Shown here: in pieces, positions 1-13,329 of the stretch | Numbering within the stretch: the first letter of the stretch is position 1 | Layout: every line of letters begins with the position of its first letter | Program-made: the position numbers and the translations under genes | Notes under the pieces: generated by a model | Told to the model about the DNA's origin: nothing | What the model saw: only the letters and a program-made list of their open reading frames with translations | Database searches by the model: none | Assembly: GCA_951406725.2 (NCBI GenBank) | Contig: OX597814.1 | Coordinates: 109,244,001 to 109,308,000 of the forward strand | Length of the DNA: 64,000 nucleotides | DNA from: Octopus vulgaris | Lineage: Eukaryota | Direction of reading: 5' to 3'

Positions 1-816
1 CCAGTGGAATGTAAAAAGCACCCACTACACTCTCAGAGTGGTTGGTGTTAGGAAAGGCACCCAGCTGTAGAAACCTTGTCAGATCAGATTGGAGCCAGGT
101 GTAGCTGCTGTGTCTCCAGACTTCTGTCAAACCGTCCAACCCATGCCAGCATGGAAAACGGATGTTAATCAATGATGATGATGATGAAATGTCCTAACAG
201 ATTAAGAACTGACACAGGTTATTTATTTCAAGATCTGACAATTCTGAATGTGAAAAAATGTCTCCGAAAGTCAAGGAGACATTTAGTACTCATGAATCCA
301 CATATAAAATCAAGGAGCCTACAAGACTGTGAACTCTAAGGGGCAGCTTTATGCTAGGAGATGATGGGTAAAAGTACGAGGGAGGGGACCCGGAGCAGAA
401 GTGGTTTCTTGCTGTAGAAGTGCTACATGGTTATTCACATTTTAGGAGAGAGTGTGGGTGGGATTGGGGGTAATTGCGGTGGACATGGGAAGGGATGAAA
501 ATAGTGAGGATGAGGTGTCTGGGTGGTCCATTAAGGGTACAAGGTGGGTAAAAGTGAGTGGGGAGGCAGACAGAGGGAGCAGAAGTGTGAGAGATAGAGA
601 ATGTGTGAGGGAGGTGGAGGTAAGCAGCACTGTAAAGATGAAGTGAGGTTGAAGGGTGGATGCTGTAAATGATGACTAGTGGGAGGGGGGGTAACCGACG
701 ATGGGGGAGGGGGAGGGCCAACAATGGGGTGACGGTGGGTCGGGGGGATTAAACACAAAAACTGATCTTATAATAAATGCTATCTTGGGAAGGATTTAAA
801 AGCAAAACAAATAAGT

Positions 817-1192
817 GCAGGCATGGCTATGTGGTAAGAAGTATTGCTTCCCAACCAAGTGGTTCTGAGTTCAGTCCCACCACATGGCACCTTTGGCAAG
901 TGCCTTCTACCATAGCCCCAAACCAACTAAAACCTTGTGAATGGATTTGGCACATGGAAACTGTGCAGAAGCCCTGTGTGTGTGTATGTGTGTGCGCACA
1001 CGTTTGGGTCTCCTCTTATCACTTGATAACTGGTGTTGGTTTGTTTATATTCCCATACCTTAGCGGTTTTGAAAAAAGATCCAACAGAATAAGACAAACT
1101 AAGTACGGGGGTGGGGTCGATCTGTATGACAAAAACCATTCATGGCAGTGCCCCAGCTTGGCCACAATCTAACGTCTGAAACAAGTAAAAGA
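817..1192 (+). mobile_element. tRNA-derived SINE family A
   Basis: A-box-like TGGCTATGTGG, B-box-like GAGTTCAGTCC, conserved body ending ..CTGAAACAAGTAAAAGA; many other copies in the window. Confidence 0.85.
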
Positions 1193-1207
1193 TAGAAGAC
1201 AACTTAC

Positions 1208-1342
1208 GACTTCTGAGAGAATCTCATCATTGTACACAATCTTGAAAGGGTCTGGTATCTGCAGGTTGATTGTGAGGGGCAGAATGGCTGTGTTGGTCAG
1301 TTGAAGGTCTTGATACAGAAGGCCCAGTTTCATATCTGGGGT
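1208..1342 (-). CDS. HYDIN: HYDIN exon 21 (TPDMKLGLLYQDLQLTNTAILPL..SEV)
   Basis: Hand-translated; AG/GTAAGT ends, 135 nt. Confidence 0.9.
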
Positions 1343-1562
1343 CTGAAAATATATTTTAATTACCTTTTAGTTTATAAATAATCCCTAAATACTTTTAATT
1401 ATAAAGGCAGGTACAGCTGTGTACTTGAGAAGTTTGCTTCAAAACAGTGGTCTTAGGTTCAGTTCTATGGCATGGAACCTTGGGTAAGTGTCATCTATTA
1501 AAGCCCAGGCCGACCAATGCCTTGCAAGGGAATTTGATAGATGAAAACTGTGTGGAAGCCCA

Positions 1563-1595
<33 letters not shown>

Positions 1596-1599
<4 letters not shown>

Positions 1600-1870
1600 A
1601 AATAATATGTGACAATTATTCAATAGCCAAGATAAAACTCTGAGTTTCGGATGCCGAAGTGGAAATCCACAACACCATCTCTTCGGTTATCTGACCATCA
1701 GATAACCAAAGAGATGGTGTTGTGGATTTCCACTTCGGCATCCGAAACTCAGAGTTTTATCTTGGCTATTGAATAATTGTCACATATTATTTTACAGATA
1801 AATTTCTTCTATTTACATAATATTGAGGTCTCTTTCTTTCTTTTGTTATCTTACCATTTTTACCAATATA
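1596..1870. mobile_element. Penelope-like fold-back fragment with hammerhead motifs
   Basis: 99-bp inverted arms 1596-1694/1698-1796 flanked by (TA)n; related copy at ~49830-49976. Confidence 0.7.
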
Positions 1871-2239
1871 TATATATATATAAATAAGGATAAGATTGTT
1901 AAATTAAAATAAAACAATGATTTTATCAAGTGGTCAACATGGAAAAAATAACCTTCAAAAGTAATAATCATTAAAATTATAAATTAGAGTATCTACGATA
2001 TACCACCATGCTGAAAATAGCAGCCACGATCTGACTCTAAAACCACTTTAATTGTCCATATATCAACATGGAGAGAAAACAAAGAGACAAGATGTAACTA
2101 GTAAAAAATTACTGGATAATTCTAGATCCCGGATTTCTGACTTTGCATTTAGGAATGCTTTGCCTTGTCAGTAGAATACACACAGAAGAGAAACATAAAT
2201 ACATATATATATATAAATACAACATACAAATACTTACGT

Positions 2240-2392
<153 letters not shown>

Positions 2393-2846
2393 TATGAGTT
2401 TGTATATGTGGCTGTGTGGTTAAGAAGTTCACTCCCCACTTAAGCATTTTCTGGTTCAGTTCTACTGCTTGGCCCCAGGTCAACTAAAGCCTTGGGAAGA
2501 TTTGATAGAAACTGAAAGAAGCCTGCTATGTGTGAGTGCTGATAGATAATGTATATACACATGTAAGTATGTACAGAAGGAGACCCCCTTCAGTCATGAA
2601 TGACCATGGGATTGCACCTAGAAAGTTACCCTCTGAGGCACAAGTCCGGGCAAGGTTGTTTGTGGAAGGCCAGCAGTCTCCCATGCATACCAGCCTCCCC
2701 TCTCCACACCACCGATGTTAACCAAGGGAAAAGCATGGGCCAATATGTATGTGCGTGTGTGTGTATATATATACATGTGTGTGTGTGTATATATATATAT
2801 ATACATGTGTGTGTGTGTGCGTGCAAATGTGTAGCTGCACAAGTAC

Positions 2847-2997
2847 CTTGTCAGTTCTGAAGAAGATGTTTTCTCTGGAGAAATCCAGTAAAGGGTCGAT
2901 GAACTGAGCTTTGACATTGACATTGATGACCAACTTCTTGCCGCCATGCTTGCCAAGTATTGAGTAGCAATGTAATATCTCATTGATATCAGCAGGT
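2847..2997 (-). CDS. HYDIN: HYDIN exon 20 (PADINEILHCYSILGKHGGKK..FRTDK)
   Basis: AG/GT ends, 151 nt, phase 2-0. Confidence 0.92.
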
Positions 2998-3684
2998 CTA
3001 GGAGTAAATGAGAAAATGTTTTAAGAATACTTACTTCTAGAATGAAAAGCTTTAAATCAGCTCAAATATAGATTTTCATTCTACAAAACATTATAAAATT
3101 AACCTTTATGCAATTAGATTAAACACTTCTGTTGAAATTCACTGTTTGTTTCAATTAATTTTGAAATGAAGAATTTATTAAAACGACTTTGTTATTAAGC
3201 TGATGTTTAGAATATAAATTAGCATGAAATTTCTCTTCACTAAATCCCACAATGAGCACCATTCCATATTCATGAAACCATGAAGCTGTTATAAATGATT
3301 AACATGTTTAATCTCTGCTGTTTCATATGCATAAAATGGCACATATTTTTTTAAAAAAACTTTTATAATCCATTTGCTTTCTTGAATTTTTAATTTATTT
3401 TCTATGCAGGATAAATTGCAAAGTAACCATAATTTTAGTTCCAAAGAGTGCTCTGGCTCGTAAATTCACTAATTTGAAACAAGCTGCAGTTTTAATAGTA
3501 TTTAGTCCATTATTTACTCTAAACACATGTAACTAAATCATAATAAATCAGCTGTAAATTGGAAACGGTTATTCAAAGTTTGGCAGTTTATATGTGTGCA
3601 AAGATGGCAATCTTGCAAACAAAACAACAAATAGCTTTCATGTTATTATAAATGAGGAATGAAAATTTCAATGTTCCAACTTAC

Positions 3685-3794
3685 TTTTCCACAAAACCTT
3701 TTAAATAGACACCCATACTTTCACCAGGCAATAATTTGAAGCGATGAGGAATTATTTCAAACACTGATGCTTTAGTTTCTGGGGAAGTAGAAGT
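3685..3794 (-). CDS. HYDIN: HYDIN exon 19 (TSTSPETKASVFEIIP..LKGFVE)
   Basis: Hand-translated; AG/GTAAGT ends, 110 nt, phase 0-2. Confidence 0.9.
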
Positions 3795-4084
3795 CTGTAC
3801 AAACACAAAGTAAACCATTATTAACAAATACTAATTACAGAAAAAAATATAATTCTTTAAAAAGCTTGTGACAACTGACCGCTGCCAGTGCATGAGACCC
3901 CCCCACACACACACTTTAACAACTGGTCGAATACTAGACTCCCCAACCCTCAACTGAATGCTAGATGGATGAGACCTCTTCTCTACCATCGAGTGATCAT
4001 ACATTCCCTTTCAGGTGCAGGAAAAATGTGTCAAGCATTAACTCTCCCACTACAATCCTCACAGGTAAAAATAAAATAAATAAA

Positions 4085-4880
4085 CCAAGGCTGCCACCAT
4101 TAATGTTGATACAATCACAGATAGGCCTGGAATGATTACAGAGATGCACAGGCAAGTAGATGTGTGCTGTGTGCAAGAAGTAAGATGGAGGAGAGCCTTA
4201 GCTAACCTCTTCACAATCAAAGAACAGAGGTCCAAATTCTTCTGAATAGGTAACAATGCTGGTTTAGGTGGAGTTGGTATTCTGCTGGTTGAAAAATGGA
4301 TAATGTAATTGAAGTAACAAGAGTGAGAGAATAATTAAGCTTAGACTCATAAGTCCCAGGACTCATAACGCCAGAGTTTAACCTGATTTCCATGGCATTT
4401 AAGCCACTGAGATTACAACACTCCCCACCCACTGAATGGGATGTTGGTCTGTCACAGGGTCAATTTCCTATCTATTGCTGGAACTCAAAGCTGAGTGGAT
4501 TGGAGCAATGTGAAATGAAATATTTTGCTCAAGAACACAATGCACTGCCTGGTTAAGAAATCAAAACCATGGTCCAACAATCTTGAGTACAACACCCTAG
4601 CCACTAGGCCAAAGCTGAGATTGCTTATAAAGAAGGTAACGATAATGGTTATCTCTGCCTCCACCCCACAATCAGGATTAACCGAGAAGCAAATGTATTA
4701 CCTCTATGAGGTTCTTTTGCCAACAAATGACAGCAACATTGTTACCATGGCTAATGACATCAGTGAATATATTGGACAGCATGATGAAAGCTACTCCAGA
4801 GTACATGCTGATTGTGGAGATGGTTCTAGAAATGAGAAGAGATCAAGGCTTCTGGAGTTTTGCGATGCAAATGAACTAAT
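4085..4880 (+). mobile_element. Decayed RTE LINE apurinic endonuclease fragment, interrupted at ~4340-4610
   Basis: Translates as ..DVCCVQEVRWR..GGVGILL.. and ..VISASTPQSG..RLLEFCDANEL. Confidence 0.75.
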
Positions 4881-6861
4881 CCATTACATTTTGTACGTTG
4901 TGTTAGACAAATAGAAGAGTGGGGTAGCCAAGTATCTGTTCTATAGTAAAACAGCTATCTCTATCCCTCCAACCTTCTCCAACCTCTCGCCTGGCACATG
5001 ACTTCTCTTCAGTTCCACTCTCTCTCTCTTCTCTCTCTCTTTCTCTCTCTCAGCTGAGGGTGGGCCTTGTCCTGCAAACTACTTGGTAGCCCTGTGGGTG
5101 CTGGTTCCTCATAAAAAGCACCCAGTACACTGCGTAAAGTGGTTGATGTTGGGAAGGGCATCTAGCTGTACAAACCATGTCAAATCAAACAATGGGGCCT
5201 GATGTGGCTCCCGGCCTTGTCAGCCCTGACAAATCATCCAACCCATGCCAGCAGGAGGATGATGATGCTGAAGCAAATGTCATTTTCTATAGCCTCAAGT
5301 CAACCTATACCTTATAAGTAAAAATGGGTTGATGAAAACTATATGGAAGCCCACTGGATGGATTGTTCCAGTAATTCACACTATCGTGCTGATTCTACCT
5401 GAAAATTAAATTAAAGGTATATATGTCTGTGGAATATTCAGCCACTTAAAGTGATTTGAATGACCCTTGTAACTTCAGTTGATCAAAAGCCTGAATTCAC
5501 ATCATTAAAACCAATGGAAAACCACCCATCCAGATCTTTCTTAAAAAAACAAAAAACAGTTTTCTCACAGAAGATATAAAAAGATGCTATCAAACTTCAT
5601 TGACAAACTTCTATTATAAATAACTTTGTCATCATCATCATCACTTTTTAACATCCCTTTCTCAGTAATGTCATGAGTTGGACAGTTAGACAGGAGTTGA
5701 TGAGCCAGAGGACTGTAACTGCTTTGGTAGGGTTTCTATGGCTGGATGCCTTTCCTAATGCCAACCACTTTACAGTGTATAGTGGGGGCTTTTTTTTGTG
5801 GCACCAGCACTAGTGAGGTCGCCAAGTAAGTTGCAGGACAAAACTCCACTTGTCTGAGGGAGGTGGGAGGCATTTATGAAGTAGATGGCTTTAAGCCAAG
5901 TGCTGAGAGGTTAAAACATAGTTAAGACCCCCTTCGGTAATGAATGACCATTGGATTACACCTAGAAAGTTCCCCTTCGAGGTACAAGTCTGGGCAAGGC
6001 TGTTTATGGAAGACCAGTAGTCGCCCATGCATACCAGCCTCTCCTCTTCATGCCACTGATGTTATCCAAGGGAAAGGCAAAGGCTGATACAGCTTGGCAC
6101 CAGTGACATCGCAACTCATTTCTACAGATGAGTGAACTGGAGCATGGCTCAGTAGTTACAGCTTCAGAATCACAATCATGATGTAGTGAGTTCAATTCCC
6201 AGACTGGGCTGTATATTGCATTCTTGTGCAAGACACTTTATTTCACATTAAAACATAGTAGAAAGACAGGAACAGGTGTCCTGCTGTTGAGGAGATATGT
6301 GGCCATTCCAGTTGGGAAAGACGATAGATGATGGTAAAGATGTGCTGGAACATGATTTCAAGTTGAAGAAAACAGAATATAAGTGAAAGAGAGGATCAGG
6401 CAGGGTGGGTGGGTAGGTAAGTTCATAAGAGCATGAAAGGAGAGAGGCAAATGTAAAGTGTGAGAGGAAGAGAGAGAGAGATGCACAGTGCCAGGGACAA
6501 GGTCGGAGATACATAGGAATGGAAACAGTGATTGATAGAGATAGTTGGCGTTCTCACTGGCAGAATGAGATGGTGTACACATAAAAGGTGGGGGTGAGGG
6601 CTGCAAGAAAGAAACATTCACTGGTACATAAGGTAGTAGAGAAATTCATCATCATCATTGTTTAACATTCATTTCCCATGTTGGCATGGGTTGGACTGTT
6701 TGACTGAGGATTGGCAAGCCAGGAGGCTGCATCAGGCTCCAATCTTGATCTGGCAGTGTTTCTACAGCTGAATGCCCTTCCTAATGCCAACCACTCCGAG
6801 AGTGTAGTGGGTGCTTTTTACAGGCCACCGGCAGCTGAAAAAAGAAAGGAAAAACACTAAC

Positions 6862-7018
6862 CTTTACAGAAACTTGTTTCTCGTTTAATTTTGTTAGTTG
6901 TGCCTCCTGTTTGCTAAGTTTTGGTAATTGTAAGGTGTTTGTTTGGATGACCCAGTTCACCTGTTGCTGGCGCCGACCTTTGTTAGTGAAAACTATTTTC
7001 TTTTTTAAAGTTTTGTTA
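6862..7018 (-). CDS. HYDIN: HYDIN exon 18 (NKTLKKKIVFTNKGRRQQQVNW..VSVK)
   Basis: Hand-translated; AG/GTTAGT ends, 157 nt, phase 2-0. Confidence 0.92.
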
Positions 7019-8261
7019 CTGAAACAGAATTATATTTTACTAATTAAAGGAAACTCAATAATAATAAAGTTCATTTACTAAAGAAATATTGTTACAGGTC
7101 TGTAAGTCACTCGCATGCAGTTGTCTGGCCATGCATGCATGCACATGCACACACAAACAAATTGCTCTTTAATCAAGATGAATTAGTCAAAAATTTGCTC
7201 ATCTCTTACAATCAACATTTAATTCTTTATTCTTCATTTTGAAAGAATATCATCTGCTTGATACAAATAAAAGCAATCTTGTTTTTTGCTATGAAAACAA
7301 TATATTTTTCTTAAAGAATATGAAGCAATGTATTTAATACCATTCATAAAAGTAAATTGTGTACTAAAATATTTCATACTTTGGACTTCTACCTGGATTT
7401 TCTGCACCTCTCCTATATACACATGGATTTCACTGGACTCTTCCATTGATGAAAAATCGCTCCAATACACCCTGACCTCTGAACTCTTTTGAATTTTCTG
7501 CTTTTCCCTATTGTTTTTTCTTACTCTGTTTTTTCTCAATCCATACATTGTTACTTCGTCTCTCTCTCATTCCCTTTCTTTTTTCTTTTCATCTTCGCTT
7601 CTTCCTTTTTTCCTCTCCTTGTTTTTACTTTTCTTCTCCTCTTGTATTTTTTTTCTCTTCATGTCTTTTGAATTTCGTTTGATCCTCTATACTCCGTACG
7701 TCATTTTTTTGCCTTTCTCTCCCTACTTTTTTCTCCTTTTTCAATCATGCCTGATTACAGATCTGTCCTCCCCTACCTTCACCACCACCTAAAGATCTCC
7801 CCTTCTTCCTAGCTCTCCTGTCTGACCATCTCCATCCAGCCATCGCCATGATCGACCGCTAGCCACTAAAGCTTTTTTTATTCTCTCTCTGTTTATTTTC
7901 TCATGTTGAAGAACGTAGGCTCGAAACGTAAAAGACTTTCTCACCTTCCCAAGCGTTAAACTAATACACCTGTTTGTTGTTTATACACCTGTCTTCGTCT
8001 TTTGTAAAATAAATAAATAAATAAATCCACCCACCCATCCATCCATCCATCCATGCATGCATACTTACAAGCTGGTATTCGCTTGCTTTCTTCCAAAAAT
8101 TTACTACCAATTTTGAACAGTCTGAAACTGTAATGATGATTGGAAGCCTGACTGATGAAAGAAAGCCACGAATGTTCCGTCCTGCTTTTTTCTATCCATC
8201 TTTGTATCATCTGTCTGTATATTTTTATTGTTGTCTGTTACATTCTTATTCCAAATTTTGG

Positions 8262-8303
<42 letters not shown>

Positions 8304-8352
8304 GAAGCAGCAAAGGCTAGATAGGCATCTCCAACTAGCAGGTCATGCTACT

Positions 8353-8393
8353 CCAGACTGATGATGAGCAAAAACTCAGAAAATAGTGTCTGG
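8353..8393 (+). ncRNA. Minimal type I hammerhead motif (cleavage triplet degenerate)
   Basis: CCAGA-CTGATGA-TGAG caaaaa CTCA-GAAA-atagtg-TCTGG. Confidence 0.55.
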
Positions 8394-9115
8394 CTGCAGG
8401 CTTAGCTGGGTGGAGGTGCTTATCTCCCCCTTGCAAACATAAGGACACAGGAAATGTGTCAAGGCCAACAGGAAGCGTTGCTGCTTCATAGGGCTAAATA
8501 GCAGTAGTATTATTCCCTTCATGGGACTGTCACATAAAGTGGCAGTATACAACTACTTTATATATATATATACACACACACACATATATATACATACACA
8601 TATACACATACAAAACAAACACACATATATTAATATGAAATACATAAAATGCAGTTGGTATCTTTAAGCCTTATATAACACACACGTGTTTCCATTAGCT
8701 GATTGTCACTATTATGCAAGCTGATAGGCCTGTTGTATAATATGGCTGGTTTACTTTTTTAGTATTACGAGTATGGCAATAGAATAACTCTGAGTCCCTG
8801 CAGTACTCAACATGGACTTACAAAATGCATTTGGATTATTTACTATTGTACTTGTGGAAGGTAAAAAGCACACCAAAATCTTATGAGAAAGGACAGGAGT
8901 GGCGAATGGAATTGTTTACAAAGTCCAAAATGTTTGGTGACAGGCTTGCCTGCCAGCATCTTTTAAAATTTCATCCTCCTTTTACTCCTTCTCCTCATTG
9001 TTTTAACATCCACTTTTCCACACTTGTATGAGTTGCATGGGACTTGTTGAGGCAGATTTTTATTTGGTTGGATGCCCTTATATGAGATACCTATCTATCT
9101 ATCTATCTATCCATG

Positions 9116-9183
<68 letters not shown>

Positions 9184-9184
<1 letters not shown>

Positions 9185-9501
9185 GCATGTGGCTTAGTGG
9201 TTAGTGCATTCGGCTCACGATTGTAAAGTCGTGAGTTCAATTCCTGGCGACGCATTCTGTCCTTGAGCAAGACACTTTATTTCACGTTACTCCAGTCCAC
9301 TCAGCTGGCAAAAATGAGTTGTACCTGTATTTTAAAGGGCCGGCATTGTCACACTCTTTGTCATGCTGAATCTCCCTGAGAACTACGTTAGGGGTACACG
9401 TGTCTGTGGAGTGCTCAGCCACTTGCACATTAATTTCACGAGCAAGCTGTTCTGTTGATTGTATCAGCTGGGACCCTCATCGTCGTAACTGACGGAGTGC
9501 T
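9184..9501 (+). mobile_element. tRNA-derived SINE (tail shared with the 51654 element)
   Basis: TGGCTTAGTGG and GAGTTCAATTCC boxes; tail ..CGTAACTGACGGAGTGC. Confidence 0.85.
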
Positions 9502-9502
9502 C

Positions 9503-9570
<68 letters not shown>

Positions 9571-9719
9571 TGGAGTAAGCACATAAATGTGAAACAAGGT
9601 GGAAAAAAGAGTACTCAAATACCAGAGCTAGAGTAATATGCTATATTTAAAAGCAGCAGAAATATAACAAATGCTGTTACTCAGAGTTTCACGTTCCCAT
9701 TCGTTGGACAGTTTTGTTA

Positions 9720-9763
<44 letters not shown>

Positions 9764-9990
9764 GTATGTGTGTGTGTGTATGTGTATATGCCTTAGTTCC
9801 TTTTGAAGAATTGAAAAATTCCACCAGTACCAGATTAATTTGTGGTCTTTTTCCAGCCTTATAATTTAAGGTATAAGGGAGATAACTCTTTTTCCATATT
9901 TTTAACCTTTTAACATTTTCTACATGCTTCCTCCTTGACTTTTCACGTTTCTTCTCTTGTTCAATTTTTAGTTTGTTATGTTATGTGATT

Positions 9991-10076
9991 TGTGCCTGAT
10001 GACTGTCCTGAGATGTTACACATGTTATAATAGAATATTTGTCATATTCTCAGCACAGGAAACTATTAGTAGTACA
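9991..10076 (+). ncRNA. Type I hammerhead motif with long stem II
   Basis: TGTGC-CTGATGA-CTGTcCTGAGA..TCTCAGcACAG-GAAA-CTATTAG-TA-GTACA; all three stems pair. Confidence 0.7.
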
Positions 10077-11010
10077 TAAAGACATGTATTGTGTCTATTA
10101 AATGCTATTCATCTCACCAGATGGAGGACTTTTCTGGTGATCTTATCATCACGGAACAGTACATGATATATATATATATATATATATAAATAACGTACTG
10201 TTTTGTTGTCCCTTTTGTGTATCAACTGTGAATGTTTTGCGTTCTTGTCTCATTTTTTGTATTCTTTTTTATTTACATATGGCAGCATACGTACACTTTG
10301 GTCTCTTATATGTAAGTACATATGTATAAATTTTGTACCACACTCTCATTCTTTCTTTCTTTCTTTCTATCAGCCCCTTCACACTTACTTCCTTCTTTCC
10401 ACTCTTCTTTCTTTCGCTCCCCCTCTCTCACATTTCCTGGCCTTTCCTTCATTCTCACCTTCCTTCCTCTTTCACTTTACTCTGTCCCTTTTCTTTTTTC
10501 TCGTCCCTCTCTAATTCTTCTATCCTGCTGTGTCTACCTTTCTCCTCTCCTTCCACATGACCAGTGTTCGACCAAGCCTGACCTTTCTTTCTTGGTTTGA
10601 CTACCATCCATGCAACATCTATATTCCTTCCCATGCCTGTCATCTCTTATGTCCCTGCCATAAGGCTTCACTTTCACACACACACCAGCTCAATTTAATT
10701 CGTCCTTAGTTGAAAGACACCTGTTGTTTGCATTTGTATTTGTGTAACATTTCTCCGGGGTTTTTTTCCGTCCTTGTTTTCGTACACATTGCTGCTTTCT
10801 TCCGAGGAATCTAATGCCCTTAGCTTAGATTTTCCTTGGGGCTGGCCAGATTGGAGCTGTCTCGAGTATAACCAGCTGAAACTGCAAAGATAATCTGGAA
10901 GTCGACTGACAAAAGAAAACTCCAAATGACCTGTCCTTGTTTTTTCTTGTCCCTTTTTGTATTAATCAACTGTCTGGATGTTTTGCATTCTTGTCCCATT
11001 TTTTGTCTTC

Positions 11011-11068
<58 letters not shown>

Positions 11069-11760
11069 GTATATATATATATATATATACATATAAATGG
11101 AGTTAAACGCAGGTGTTATTCAAATTCTGTGTTTAACTCCGTTTATTTATTTATATATATTATACAAAATATTTCACATAATCTCGAAGTTTCTACTTTT
11201 AAAACAAGGAGTTATAACCTTTTTACTTGTGTGATTTTTTGCCATCCAGGTACTCTATTTTTTCCGTGTTAATTGTTAACAAGAGAAAAATACACATACC
11301 TATATATATATATATATATATCCTCATCATAATCATCATCATTTAACATCTGTTTTCCATGTTTGCATGGGTTGGATGATTTGACACAAGTTGGCAAGTT
11401 GCAGGGCTGCATCAAGCTTCAATGTCAGCTATGATATATTTATACCTATATACATGTTATATCTGTATCTATCTATATGTATGTGTCTGTGTGTATTCAA
11501 GTATACTATAATACAATTATAATACAAATTTATCAAAATATATTGCATTTTCAGATGAAATTTCTTCCAATCGACTTCATTTTGCTAAGTTTCATAACAA
11601 TACCAGTTCGTATTGCCTTCAAGCAGAGTAATGAATTTTATAATAATGAATTATTGTATACAGTGCTCAGGTGCACCACAAGTGCTCAGGTGCACCACAA
11701 GTGTGCTCAGATGCACCACAAATCAATTGCTCTAAAGAGTGCTCATTAAAATTTACTTAC

Positions 11761-11895
11761 CTGAAATGTGGGCCAAGGTTTAAGACAGATGACAGTGGTG
11801 GGTCAGCTACAATGGTACTGCCTTCACCAAATGCTTTCAAGATCACAAATCTTTCTGAATTGTCTCCAAATTTAATATTAATTTTGTCTTCAAAA
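11761..11895 (-). CDS. HYDIN: HYDIN exon 17 (FEDKINI..GEGSTIVADPP..LNLGPHF)
   Basis: AG/GTAAGT ends, 135 nt, phase 2-2. Confidence 0.94.
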
Positions 11896-12138
11896 CTAAA
11901 ATTTGAAGGAAGAACATTGTAGTTTATTTGGAGCATTATGATAAAGAAGTGAAATAACAAAATTACGAAGAGGGAGAGCTTCTCACAATGCAAAACTGAA
12001 AAAGATTAATAACATTTATATTTTGGGCACGAAGGCTCCTCATCAGAAGTAAACAGTCAAGAAATTGTTAGTCTATACAGAAAATGGTGAAATCTAGACA
12101 GGGAAATTACAGATAGTGTGACGACAATTTTAATACAA

Positions 12139-12490
12139 AACAAGAGCACTCAGAGAGTGCAATCCTCTGCCAAGGCAACACCAATGTCCTCTCAACAATT
12201 AACGGGAGATGATTTTTAAAATGAGAATATCTGAAATAAACTTGACTGCTCTCACAAACATAAATACTAAATGAACCTGACTGCTCTCAAAAATTAAGGA
12301 AAAATAATCCAGAATCCTTGTCTGGTACTGAAATGATCCCAAAATCAAATCAGTTCATGCCAGTCACGAGATCAAACATCCCTGAAATTTTCATATGAAT
12401 CCATCCAGCGGTTCTTGAGATATCTTGTCCATGGACAAACAAACACAACTGAAAACAATACCTCCACCTTTGCTAAGGCAGAGGTAATAA
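12139..12490. mobile_element. Helentron-associated (HINE-like) non-autonomous element
   Basis: AACAAGAGCACTCAGAGAGTGC start; terminal hairpin TACCTCCACCTT-tgct-AAGGCAGAGGTA. Confidence 0.5.
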
Positions 12491-12665
12491 TGACTAAATG
12501 AACAGTCTTTGCATGAATTGCTAAAATGTGTCTTCCACACTGTGTATATGTTTTAGTTTCAACACACAGCCTCAGATCAAATTATTTGTCAGACAAGAAC
12601 AATTTCAAAGTATGAAATATAATATGAATTTTAAATATGAAAGTGTAAAAATTCTGAATCCATAC

Positions 12666-12772
12666 TTAATGATATCATTAATGTTGGCAGTCAATGTTAG
12701 AATCATTTTTTCTTCAGGCAAAATCACTCCATCCTTTGGACTGACATGAAAGAATGAATTTGGTCGGCTCTG
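12666..12772 (-). CDS. HYDIN: HYDIN exon 16 (QSRPNSFFHVSPKDG..TANINDII)
   Basis: CAGCAG tandem acceptor, GTATG donor, phase 0-2. Confidence 0.92.
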
Positions 12773-13329
12773 CTGAGACAGAAGCAAAATAACAATTTAG
12801 AGAAGGCCATTAAAATACAAATGAAAAGAACACACAAATTTATTAAAATTTTAACAAAGTAAAAAGATGAAAAAAACTTCATGTTGTCCTTATTGAATTT
12901 TGGTAAAAAAAAAATATATGAAAATAACAGATTCCCATGTTGTTAATATAAATTATTAAAATTCTCAAAACATATAAAACATATTTCATAATTTCAACTA
13001 TGAAAGAGAAATTATACCAAGTTATTTAAAGCAATATTGATCTTCTAAAACCAAAATATTTTTATGCTTTAAATCAGGAAACATTTCTAAATAATGACTC
13101 ATATTTTTCTCATAAAAAAATTCTGGATGTTGACATTGTGTGTGTGTGTACATCATTTATCATCATCATTTGTCACGTGTGTACACATCATCATCATCAT
13201 CCATCATCCATACTGGCATGGGTTGGATGGTTTGACAGGAGCTGACAAGGCCATGCTCCATCGTCTGTTTTGGTTGGGTTTCTACAGCTGGGTCCCCTTC
13301 CTAATGCCAACCACACCACAGTGCAATAG

